Below are positions 8,084 through 16,294 of a DNA stretch of 17,558 bases, one piece after another (the first letter of the stretch is position 1; each line of letters opens with the position of its first letter). Under the pieces are notes generated by a model. That model made no database searches. It was not told where the DNA came from and worked only from the letters and a program-made list of their open reading frames with translations. The stretch is taken from NCBI GenBank assembly GCA_050014495.1, contig JBEKDF010000049.1, forward strand, positions 1 through 17,558, read 5' to 3'. The stretch is from Candidatus Bathyarchaeia archaeon. Its GTDB lineage: Archaea > Thermoproteota > Bathyarchaeia > TCS64. The position numbers were made by a program, and so were the translations under genes.

Positions 8084-8099
8084 TTTCGCGCGCGCGAAA
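8084..8099. repeat. 16-bp perfect palindrome TTT(CG)5AAA
   Basis: TTTCGCGCGCGCGAAA; the CG tract ends 12 nt past the M20 stop codon. Confidence 0.9.
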
Positions 8100-8108
8100 T
8101 GGATAGCT

Positions 8109-9464
8109 TTAATTGTCTATTGCGCGTGAACCGAGTTTCCTGATAATAAAGAGAGCGATCACCTTACTCAACTCCACCAGCTCATCAATCGACACATTCT
8201 CATCCCTCTTATGATAATTCGTATATGAGTCACCCACACCTATGTTAACGCAAGGCATACCACCATCTACAACCTGGTAATTCATATCGGTGCTACCCAG
8301 ATTAGCCGAAAATGGAAGATCCCTTCCCGTAACATCATTGATAATCCTCCTAGCCTCCTGAGCATACGGGTCGCTAATGGGAACTACATATCCTTCTCTA
8401 CTGTTGATAACTTCAACCTCGTACCTGAGATCAGAGTCAGTGACCTTTACACCCTCTATGACGCTGACTAATTCCCTGTGAACCTCCTCCAGGTTCTCTC
8501 CAGGAGTCATACAGCGAAGTACTTCCTCCTCGCAGAGATCTGGCACGGTCGCTCCTTGAATGCCACCCTTAATTGTCCCTATGTTGAGCATCGCGGTCAA
8601 TTGATCAATTCCCGCGCCACGGATCTCGACGGGTAGTTCGATGCCCGGTGTCTCAAAATGTCGCTTAAGGAGTACGTTTCTCCAATAATTCGTCAGGGCC
8701 ACATTTATTTTACTCATCTTCTCGATGGCGTTCACTCCTAAAATTGGAACCTGGCCGTGGTACGCTTTCCCGAAGGCCCGAATGAGGAATCTAGTTCTCC
8801 CCTGAGCGGCGAGGTTTATACTCCTCAGGTCGCCGTCCAGCTGAAGGCCGTAATCCGCCTTAACTATACCTTCCCTGATTAGGTAGCCGAGACCAGCTAC
8901 GCCACCGATCTCCTCATCGCAATTACCTGTGAGGACGAGGTTGCCACTCAGCTTTATCTCAGCCTCCTTTATTGCCTGAATCGCTAGAACAGCTGCTGCG
9001 AGTGGGCCCTTGTCGTCACAGACTCCGCGTCCCCAGATGTATCCTCCATCGGAATCGTAGACACTTCTTCCATATGGACTTGAATCAGTCAATTCGCCAC
9101 TTAGAGGGTCATGAGTCCAACCGTCTTCCTGGATGGGGGCGGTGTCTATGTGGGCACTGATATGTAGTGTGGGGCCGGCGCCGGTTCCTCTTAGTCGAGC
9201 TACTAGGTTACTTCTGGAGCCTTCAAGTTTGAGGTGTGATGCGCCTGAGAGTTTGAGATATTTGTCCGTGGCTTCATGGATGCTTGTCTCTAAGCCAAGA
9301 GGGGTCAGCTTCTCGGCGAGTACCTCGCATAGATGATCGTAGTTCAGTCCCGGGGGGACCTGAGTGTCGATACTAACTAAGTCTTGGAGAGTAGTGACTA
9401 GTGCACTTCTGTTGTTGTTGAGGGATTCAAATAATTTGTCTTGGAGGGATGACATATATGGCAT
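8109..9464 (-). CDS. M20 family (ArgE/DapE-like) metallopeptidase/deacylase
   Basis: SAHIDT, WGRGVCDDKG, CDEEIGG, GKAYHG..P.LGVNAI, NIGTIKGG...VPD, GSTDM, YHKRDE. The true start may be ATG 9455, given the TATA-like TACTTATT at ~9485-9478. Confidence 0.92.
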   Translation of the reverse strand: MPYMSSLQDKLFESLNNNRSALVTTLQDLVSIDTQVPPGLNYDHLCEVLAEKLTPLGLETSIHEATDKYLKLSGASHLKLEGSRSNLVARLRGTGAGPTLHISAHIDTAPIQEDGWTHDPLSGELTDSSPYGRSVYDSDGGYIWGRGVCDDKGPLAAAVLAIQAIKEAEIKLSGNLVLTGNCDEEIGGVAGLGYLIREGIVKADYGLQLDGDLRSINLAAQGRTRFLIRAFGKAYHGQVPILGVNAIEKMSKINVALTNYWRNVLLKRHFETPGIELPVEIRGAGIDQLTAMLNIGTIKGGIQGATVPDLCEEEVLRCMTPGENLEEVHRELVSVIEGVKVTDSDLRYEVEVINSREGYVVPISDPYAQEARRIINDVTGRDLPFSANLGSTDMNYQVVDGGMPCVNIGVGDSYTNYHKRDENVSIDELVELSKVIALFIIRKLGSRAIDN

Positions 9465-9500
9465 TTTAGTTTAGGCGAATAAGTACCTAATCTCGTTTTT

Positions 9501-9510
9501 CGCGCGCGCG
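9501..9510. repeat. (CG)5 alternating tract flanked by T-runs
   Basis: TTTTT-CGCGCGCGCG-TTTT, 5 nt past the dhaL stop codon. Confidence 0.9.
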
Positions 9511-9515
9511 TTTTC

Positions 9516-10154
9516 CTAATTCTTGATGAAGCTTGTTGCTGCCTCTAGGAGTACGACAATTGCAGCGGCTCCGGGGTCTTTTGCACCTATCGTGCGGTCG
9601 CCAAGCCACTCTGATCTTCCCGCCTTGGACCTTAGCTTCGTTGTCTCTTCGGCTCCCTTCCTAGCTGCTTCGAGGGCGGCCTGCATGCAGTCAGGCAGTG
9701 AGAACCCTTCCCCTGCGGCTTTGTCGAATGCCTGACTTGCGGGGACGAGTGCGTCTAGTAGTGTTTTATCGCCGATGTGTGCTTTTCCACGATATTCGAC
9801 ACCCTCGACGGCTGCTCGGATCATCATAATGGCTTCGGCTTGACCAATCTGATTTTTTTCCTTTACTGCGCGACCTGCCCTAATCATCATCGTTGACATG
9901 AGGGCCCCGAATGTAGAGGCGGCATTGTCAGCGAAGGCGACACCACAGCTAGTAAGCACGCCCTGAATGTCCTGGGATCCTGCGCCTTGGAGAGTCTTCT
10001 TAACAGCATTAAAGCCGAGGGTGACTGTGACACCAAGATCGCCGTCGCCTATGACAGAGTCTAGTTCACAAAGCTGCTCCTTCGAGGCGATCATTTCATC
10101 TGAGACCATGTTGAGGAGGGCGACGAGGTCGTCCTTCGTGAGAGTCGTCTTCAT
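9516..10154 (-). CDS. dhaL: Dihydroxyacetone kinase, nucleotide-binding subunit (DAK2)
   Basis: LDSVIGDGDLG, RGKAHIGDKTLLDAL, AGRSEWLGDRTIGAKDPGA; directly downstream of dhaK. Confidence 0.93.
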   Translation of the reverse strand: MKTTLTKDDLVALLNMVSDEMIASKEQLCELDSVIGDGDLGVTVTLGFNAVKKTLQGAGSQDIQGVLTSCGVAFADNAASTFGALMSTMMIRAGRAVKEKNQIGQAEAIMMIRAAVEGVEYRGKAHIGDKTLLDALVPASQAFDKAAGEGFSLPDCMQAALEAARKGAEETTKLRSKAGRSEWLGDRTIGAKDPGAAAIVVLLEAATSFIKN

Positions 10155-10169
10155 GCATCTTTCTCCGAT

Positions 10170-11171
10170 TCACTTTTGAATGAAGAATGGAGTCTCGGCT
10201 GGGGCGTCGAGCAGCCTTTTCAGCTCGTCGTCAAGACGCATTAGAGTTAGGGATGCGCCCTGCATCTCCATAGAGCAAGCGTACCGTCCCACGTAGGGAC
10301 GGTAGATGCTGATGCTCTTCTCATCGAGTAGGAAGGCGACTCTCCGGTAGAGAATGTATAGTTCCTCGAGGGGTGTGCCGCCGAGGCTGTTGACGAGGAC
10401 TGCGACCTGATCTCCCTTCTTGTAGGGGAGGTCCTTGACGACGGCGTCGACGAGAATATCGGCTATCTCGTCGGCCTTCTTCATTGGTCCCCGGTGGATG
10501 CCAGCTTCGCCATGAATGCCCATGCCTATCTCCATCTCCTGTTCACCGATTGTGAAGGTGGGTTTCCCGACAGCGGGTACAGTACAAGGTCCGAGTGCTA
10601 CACCCATACTCCGGATTGTGGAGAGTGCCTTCTCAGTTGTAGCCTTGACCTCCAATAGGTTTGAGCCCTCATCTGCTTTGGCGCCTGCGATTTTGTACGC
10701 AAAGAATAAACCAGCGACGCCTCGGCGCCTCTGCCAGTCTCCAGGAGGAGCGGAGGCCACGTCGTCTGTGACGAGTAGAGTATCAACATGGATCCCCTCA
10801 TCCTCAGCCATTTCAGAAGCTGTGTCGAAGTTCATCATGTCGCCTTGGTACCTTCCGTAGAGGTAGAGGATGCCCTCACCGCCGTTGATGGCCTTCGTCA
10901 CTTTGAGCATCTGCCCCGTGGTTGGGGAGGAGAAGACGTTACCTATAGAGGCGCCATCGATGAGCCCCTTACCGACGTATCCCATGAACACTGGGAGGTG
11001 ACCTGAGCCGCCTCCGGTTGCAATGCCGACCTTCCCTTTGACGGGTGCATCGGCGCGTATAATTGCACGCAATTCTCCTCCCACCGATTTCAGAGCGAGG
11101 GGATGTGCCTTAAGGATGCCCTCAAGCATCTCATCGACTACTGCCAATGGGTCGTTGATTATCTTCTTCAT
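10170..11171 (-). CDS. dhaK: Dihydroxyacetone kinase, substrate-binding subunit (DAK1)
   Basis: MKKIINDP, GGGSGH, GNVFSSP, YQGD..NF, DDVAS, RRGVAG, EIGMGIHGEAG, LVNSLGGTPLEEL, SMEMQGASLTL. Confidence 0.95.
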   Translation of the reverse strand: MKKIINDPLAVVDEMLEGILKAHPLALKSVGGELRAIIRADAPVKGKVGIATGGGSGHLPVFMGYVGKGLIDGASIGNVFSSPTTGQMLKVTKAINGGEGILYLYGRYQGDMMNFDTASEMAEDEGIHVDTLLVTDDVASAPPGDWQRRRGVAGLFFAYKIAGAKADEGSNLLEVKATTEKALSTIRSMGVALGPCTVPAVGKPTFTIGEQEMEIGMGIHGEAGIHRGPMKKADEIADILVDAVVKDLPYKKGDQVAVLVNSLGGTPLEELYILYRRVAFLLDEKSISIYRPYVGRYACSMEMQGASLTLMRLDDELKRLLDAPAETPFFIQK

Positions 11172-11387
11172 TGGGATAGCCTCTCTTCTAATTCTGGCAA
11201 TCTTGGACTTATAGAATCTACTCCCAAACCTTCTAAGCAGTTTCGCTGCGCGTATGGATAGCTGTTCGCAGTGGTCTACATTGCTCCAGTTAATTAGTTA
11301 CATCGGAGTGCGCTTGATTAATAGAGCGTGCTTTTGGGCTTATGTCACACTGTGGTAATCAAAAAGCTCAATTCCCAAGTTAACTAG

Positions 11388-13340
11388 TTGTTTAAGACTT
11401 GTGATTTGGATGGAAAAGAAATTGAGGTGATCTTTCAGCCTGACGGAAAACGTTCTCGGGTCAAATCGGGTACAAATGTGTTAGAAGCCGCTAAGCTAGT
11501 TGGCGCTGACCTTGCATCTATTTGTGGAGGCAAAAGTATCTGTGGGAAATGCAGGATCATAATTAAGGGAAACAGGGGAAGCGTTGGTCCGCCAACTAGT
11601 ATAGAAAAGAGCCTCATTTCTGAAGAGGATTTATCTGAGGGGTATAGACTGGCTTGCCAAACGCCTGTTTTTAGCAATGTCACAGTTAAGATACCGAAAA
11701 ATAGCCGAACTGGTCAACAACGGCTCCAAATTGAGGGAATCGAAACACCCACAACGCTTGAACCTTCTGTCGAAAAATACTTTCTTGAATTGCCAAAGCC
11801 CTCTCTCCAAGACCCTAAAGCAGATGCTGAGAGATTATTGGGCGAATTGCAGATTCAAAAAGGGCTCATAAACCTAAGAATAGATCCTTCAGTCCTTCAG
11901 TCGTTACCATCGATTCTGAGGAGCGATGATTGGAAGGTTACGGTTGTCCTATTGCAGGGTGAGACAGTCATTGCTGTTGAGGCTGGGGACACAACCAACA
12001 GAATCTTTGGTTATGTTTTAGATATAGGCACAACGAAGCTTGCAGCGTATCTTCTGGACTTGAAATCCGGGAAGGTTGTCGCTGTCACATCTTCGATGAA
12101 TCCCCAGATTCACTACGGTGAGGATGTTATTGCTAGGATTACCTACACCATGAAGGGGTCAAAGGAGAAATTTGAGCTTCACCAAGTAATCATCAACAGT
12201 GCAAATGAATTGTTAAAGCAACTTGTGGAAAGGACAGGTGTTAAAAATGATGAAGTTTACGAAGCGATAGTTGTGGGAAACACAGTTATGCATCATCTTT
12301 TTCTCAACATCGATCCGCAGTTTTTAGGGTTGTCGCCTTACACTCCAGCCGTTAGAAGGGGAATAGACGTCAAATCAAGCAGCATCGGAATGAATATCAA
12401 TCCACACGGTAACGTTTACACTCTTCCAGTGATAGCGGGGTTTGTCGGAGCTGACACTGTTGCCGACATATTGGCCACTGAAACACATAAGAGAAGCGAG
12501 CTTTGCTTGGCTTTTGACATAGGGACAAACACTGAGGTGTTCTTGGGGAACAAGGATGAGATACTCGCGTGCTCTTGTGCATCTGGTCCAGCCCTTGAAG
12601 GGGCACACGTGAAGCACGGGATGAGAGCCGCCACAGGCGCGATTGAAAAAGTGACGATTGATCCGGATACGTTTGCGGTTCAATATTGGACTGTAGACAA
12701 CACTAAGCCCTGCGGTATATGCGGCTCAGCGATGGTTGACATTCTGGCGGAGATGTTGAAAGCTGGCGTTATTGATGTCTCGGGAAAAATGAAAAGGAAT
12801 ATCACATCTGAAAGGCTAAGAACCGTATCGACTGGGGTCGAGTTTGTTTTAGCCTACAAGGACGAAACCGCGACTGCTGAAGACATTACTTTCTCTCAAA
12901 AGGATGTGCGGGAAATTCAGTTGGCCAAGGCAGCGATCCATACGGGGACGGTGACACTTATGAAAAAGAAGGGCGTAAATGAGGCTGATGTGGATATTGT
13001 CTTCATTGCAGGAGCGTTCGGCTCATACATCGATCCTGAGAATGCACGGATAATCGGCATGTACCCTGAGATACCCCTTGAAAGAGTAAGGGTCATCGGT
13101 AATGCAGCCGGAACCGGAGGAAGGATGGCCTTAGTTTCCAAAGCTTCAATCGCTGAAGCCGAACAAATTTCACGCAAGGTTAAGTATGTGGAGCTAGCGG
13201 CTGAAGCTAGTTTTCAAGCAGAGTACCTCAACTCGTTTGCTCTACCCTATGCTGATTTGTCGAAATACCCCGAGACCAGCGAGTTATTAAAATCTCTAGG
13301 CAAGTATCCTGAAAAGCCTCCATTCTACTTCACGATATAA
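11388..13340 (+). CDS. ASKHA/DUF4445 protein with N-terminal [2Fe-2S] domain; RACo-type ATP-dependent reductive activator of corrinoid proteins
   Basis: CGGKSICGKC...RLACQ, DIGTTKL, NPQIHYGEDVIARI, VGNTVMHHLFL, GFVGAD, DIGTNTE, SCASGPALEG, GICGS, DVREIQLAKAAI, AGAFG, GNAAGTG. The start may be TTG 11406. Confidence 0.93.
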   Translation: MFKTCDLDGKEIEVIFQPDGKRSRVKSGTNVLEAAKLVGADLASICGGKSICGKCRIIIKGNRGSVGPPTSIEKSLISEEDLSEGYRLACQTPVFSNVTVKIPKNSRTGQQRLQIEGIETPTTLEPSVEKYFLELPKPSLQDPKADAERLLGELQIQKGLINLRIDPSVLQSLPSILRSDDWKVTVVLLQGETVIAVEAGDTTNRIFGYVLDIGTTKLAAYLLDLKSGKVVAVTSSMNPQIHYGEDVIARITYTMKGSKEKFELHQVIINSANELLKQLVERTGVKNDEVYEAIVVGNTVMHHLFLNIDPQFLGLSPYTPAVRRGIDVKSSSIGMNINPHGNVYTLPVIAGFVGADTVADILATETHKRSELCLAFDIGTNTEVFLGNKDEILACSCASGPALEGAHVKHGMRAATGAIEKVTIDPDTFAVQYWTVDNTKPCGICGSAMVDILAEMLKAGVIDVSGKMKRNITSERLRTVSTGVEFVLAYKDETATAEDITFSQKDVREIQLAKAAIHTGTVTLMKKKGVNEADVDIVFIAGAFGSYIDPENARIIGMYPEIPLERVRVIGNAAGTGGRMALVSKASIAEAEQISRKVKYVELAAEASFQAEYLNSFALPYADLSKYPETSELLKSLGKYPEKPPFYFTI

Positions 13341-13350
13341 CCCCTCAAAA

Positions 13351-13441
13351 AGAACACACGTCGCACATGCGCGCGCATAGGGTTCACCATAAAAGCGAGC
13401 GTAGTTTAGGTCAGCAGACGAGAACATACGATGCGCGCGCA
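13351..13441. repeat. Two imperfect direct repeats, each ending in a (GC)4 palindrome
   Basis: AGAACACACG-tcgcac-ATGCGCGCGCA (13351-13377) and AGAACATACG-ATGCGCGCGCA (13421-13441). Confidence 0.75.
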
Positions 13442-13544
13442 GTGAGAATGGGTTGATTGAGTGGTGGGCCCGAAGAGACCTACTAATCCAAGAGTTCAAT
13501 ATTTCTTAATAATTGATTAATTTTACTAAACCCGCGCATTAATT

Positions 13545-13616
13545 TGAAAAATTTTTCACTAATTGTTGGAAGTTGGTCAATGATCTGTGTGCTCATTTAT
13601 TAATGAGCTGATCAGC
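13545..13616 (+). promoter_or_regulatory. Palindrome-rich promoter region of the membrane/phosphodiesterase operon
   Basis: TGAAAAATTTTTCA (13545-13558, perfect 14-mer); GCTCATT-TATT-AATGAGC (13591-13608) over a TATA-like TTTATTAA; GCTGATCAGC (13607-13616). Confidence 0.5.
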
Positions 13617-13618
13617 GC

Positions 13619-13915
13619 TTGAACATGATGGATTCACTTCCTTTCCTCGTGCTCCTTCTCTGCGGTGGTGGCCTCATCGGCGACGGTGTGGGTAGTATAG
13701 CGGAGTACATCGGCCAGAAACCGATCGAGCGTCTCGTCAGACTGATAAGGACCGGGATGGGCTGCCTCATAGTCTACATCTCACTGCTTCTCTACAACCC
13801 CGACCTGGTACTCCTTCTAATCCCAGCCATCGCCGTCTCAGCGGTCGCCGGTTGGCTCCTCGGTAGGTCGTACGCACACGTCATAGGTCCGCAACCTAAA
13901 GAGGAAAGAGCATGA
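13619..13915 (+). CDS. Small hypothetical membrane protein (~3 TM)
   Basis: Three hydrophobic segments. The stop overlaps the next start (ATGA, 13912-13915), implying translational coupling. Likely start ATG 13625. Confidence 0.7.
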   Translation: MNMMDSLPFLVLLLCGGGLIGDGVGSIAEYIGQKPIERLVRLIRTGMGCLIVYISLLLYNPDLVLLLIPAIAVSAVAGWLLGRSYAHVIGPQPKEERA

Positions 13916-15909
13916 CAAAAGGTAATTTCCTACGTTTCATAGCCGTATGGTTTCTGGTCTCTTTGAGTATCTACCTTGGGGGCAGTCTTACTGGATTTTA
14001 TGCCCGAAATTTCGTCTTCTCGCTGATCGTAACCATTGTACTTGGGTTAATTAATGCGCTGATTTGGCCCATTTTGTCGGATCTTGCACTTGCGCGTTCC
14101 GTTATAACTTTTGGCTTGACTGCGCTGCTATTGAACGGCGCAATAATCTGGTTGCTGGCTTTCTTCACATTGGAGATTGAGGGCTCTTGGTGGGGGTTAC
14201 TGCTGCTCCCTCTTGATATAGCATTGGTCAACACATTGGTCTCGGGGATTCTGACAAGCGACGACGATTCATCATACTACCGTTCTGTTGTCAAGAAGAT
14301 GAAGGGACGGGCAGAGAAGGCGGTGGAGAGTAAGGACAAGCCCGGCTTCATCTTTCTGGAGATCGATGGGTTAGCTGAGAAAATTCTTCTTAAAGCGATT
14401 GAGAAGGGGACGATGCCAACGTTAGCTGGGTGGCTAAGCAGTGGAAGTCACAAGATTAAGGGGTGGGAAACGGACTTTTCGTCCCAGACTGGTGCAAGCC
14501 AAGCGGGTATTTTGCACGGGAATAACAGGGACATCCCTGCCTTCAGATGGGTGGAGAAGGCGAATGGCAATAAGGTCATGACGACTCTTGGCATGGGGGA
14601 TGCCTCTGTGATCGAGGCACGTATCACTGACGGGAACGGTTTACTTTCAACTAATGGGCGAGCGATAGCTAATCTCTATTCCGGCGATGCGGTAGACACA
14701 ATCTTCGTCTATAGCAAACTCGGTGAGATAGGTGAGTTGTACAGTCAGACGTGGAATACTTTCTACGCGGTATCCTACAATCTTGTTCACACATTCGCAT
14801 ACGGCCTCTGGGAGATGGTACGGGAGACGCGGTCCAGGTACAGGCAGGGGAAAAGGAACATTCAGCCCCGACTAAGTCACCGTGGACGTGTGTACTACTT
14901 CACGAGGGTTGTTGCGGATGTCTTCCTCCGTGAGATGAGCACTTACACGATCATAGGCGACATTATCGCGGGTGACAAGGACGTCGTGTATACTACATTC
15001 ATGGGGTATGATGAGGTTGCACACCACTGCGGGATCTCAGATGATGAGGCTCTCTACGTTCTAAGTAAGCTGGATAGGTGCATAAAGAGGATAGAGACCG
15101 CAAAGGCCTACGCCCAGCGCCCGTACTACCTCTGCGTCCTATCAGACCATGGTCAGGCCAATGGGGCCACATTCAAGCAACGTTATGGTTATACCCTGGC
15201 TGACCTCGTTCAGAAGCTTCTCCCTGAGGGGCATAGGATGTACTATGAGCTCGACTCCAACCAGGACCACTTCGGGCAGATGGTGACGATGCCTCTGCAG
15301 AATGTAAGAAGCAGGGTGACTTGGAAGTCGAAGAAGAAGGGGGACGAGAAAGTAGATGCCATCGTTCTAGCCTCTGGAAACTTAGGCCTAATATATTTCA
15401 CAAATTGGGCGAACCGGATGAGCCTAGAGGAAATCAATGAGGCCTATCCCGGGGTGGTAGAAGGTTTATCGCAGCACGAGGGCGTGAGCTTCGCCTTAAT
15501 CCACTCGAATGAGTATGGGGGAGTCGTGATAGGCGCGAAGGGCAAGTATTACCTCAAGGATGACAGGATCGAGGGGGTGAACCCACTTGCCAAATTCGGG
15601 AAGCGAGCAGCCGAGCACCTGCGCAGGGAAGACGGCTTCAACTACGTCCCCGATATTCTTCTTGTGAGCATGTACGACACGGAGAAGGAGGAGGTAGCAG
15701 CCTTTGAGGAACTTATTGGTAGCCACGGCGGCGTCGGCAGCACCCAGTCGAACCCATTCATACTTTATCCTTCTGATTGGAACCTTGAGAATGAGGAGAT
15801 TGTTGGCGCCGAGAACGTTTACAGGTTATTTAAAAGGGAGATCGATAATATCCGCGAGATCGGTTGGACCCAAACGGAATTAGAATCATGGAAACGTGCG
15901 CGTGGATAA
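13912..15909 (+). CDS. Fusion of an N-terminal 4-TM 'phage holin family 4'-like domain and an alkaline phosphatase / nucleotide pyrophosphatase superfamily domain
   Basis: LGLINALIWPIL...ITFGLTALLLNG in the N-terminus; AlkP-superfamily motifs LEIDGL, SSQTGASQAGILHG (Thr nucleophile), YDEVAHH, VLSDHG, IGSHGG. Confidence 0.88.
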   Translation: MTKGNFLRFIAVWFLVSLSIYLGGSLTGFYARNFVFSLIVTIVLGLINALIWPILSDLALARSVITFGLTALLLNGAIIWLLAFFTLEIEGSWWGLLLLPLDIALVNTLVSGILTSDDDSSYYRSVVKKMKGRAEKAVESKDKPGFIFLEIDGLAEKILLKAIEKGTMPTLAGWLSSGSHKIKGWETDFSSQTGASQAGILHGNNRDIPAFRWVEKANGNKVMTTLGMGDASVIEARITDGNGLLSTNGRAIANLYSGDAVDTIFVYSKLGEIGELYSQTWNTFYAVSYNLVHTFAYGLWEMVRETRSRYRQGKRNIQPRLSHRGRVYYFTRVVADVFLREMSTYTIIGDIIAGDKDVVYTTFMGYDEVAHHCGISDDEALYVLSKLDRCIKRIETAKAYAQRPYYLCVLSDHGQANGATFKQRYGYTLADLVQKLLPEGHRMYYELDSNQDHFGQMVTMPLQNVRSRVTWKSKKKGDEKVDAIVLASGNLGLIYFTNWANRMSLEEINEAYPGVVEGLSQHEGVSFALIHSNEYGGVVIGAKGKYYLKDDRIEGVNPLAKFGKRAAEHLRREDGFNYVPDILLVSMYDTEKEEVAAFEELIGSHGGVGSTQSNPFILYPSDWNLENEEIVGAENVYRLFKREIDNIREIGWTQTELESWKRARG

Positions 15910-15927
15910 GACCGAAGGATTAAATTG

Positions 15928-15957
15928 AGAATACAGGGGCTCGCGCCCCCTGATTCT
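15928..15957. terminator. Imperfect hairpin between convergent genes (possible bidirectional terminator)
   Basis: AGAAT-A-CAGGGG ... CCCCTG-ATTCT with a CTCGCGC loop; no long T-tract adjacent. Confidence 0.4.
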
Positions 15958-16055
15958 GGTGTCGTCGGCATTGGGAGTGCGCGAAGCTGAACAATATTCG
16001 AAGGCTAAGAGATTACTAAAATATGATAGCTAAAAACGGGGCGTCATTATATGCT

Positions 16056-16256
16056 TTATTTTCTCCGGGTTAAAGAAAGAACAGCAATGACCAAGAAAGC
16101 AATACCCGTGTAAAGCTGATTACCCGTCAAATACCAGACGACCCCTGCTATTATAGCTGCGGGTAGAAGGAATAGAAGAGCCCCAGCCACCATGATGATG
16201 ATGATACCAACTAAAACGAGGACCCCTAAGGCCACAATTGTCTCAATCCCACTCAT
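16056..16256 (-). CDS. Small hypothetical membrane protein (66 aa)
   Basis: Almost entirely hydrophobic with a basic RRK tail; RBS-like AGGTGAG upstream. Confidence 0.8.
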   Translation of the reverse strand: MSGIETIVALGVLVLVGIIIIMVAGALLFLLPAAIIAGVVWYLTGNQLYTGIAFLVIAVLSLTRRK

Positions 16257-16294
16257 CTATTCTCACCTTTACAGTTTTTTCCCACTTAACGCAG

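Noticed and set aside
11172..11387. Cobalamin riboswitch upstream of the RACo gene
   Set aside because: A few weak hairpins are possible, but no B12-box or other conserved riboswitch sequence was recognised; an Rfam/Infernal scan would be decisive.
13351..13441. Mini CRISPR array
   Set aside because: Only two unequal, degenerate units; no cas genes; no leader/spacer regularity.
13912..14260. Holin implying a prophage
   Set aside because: The domain is fused to an AlkP-superfamily enzyme, and no integrase, capsid, terminase or lysin genes are in the window.
322..15726. Remaining overlapping or antisense ORFs in the track (e.g. 322-663, 894-1256, 3980-4519, 4751-5140, 10516-10860, 12375-12683, 13296-13499)
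   Set aside because: They lie within or opposite confidently assigned genes or repeat-rich spacers and show no recognisable motifs.
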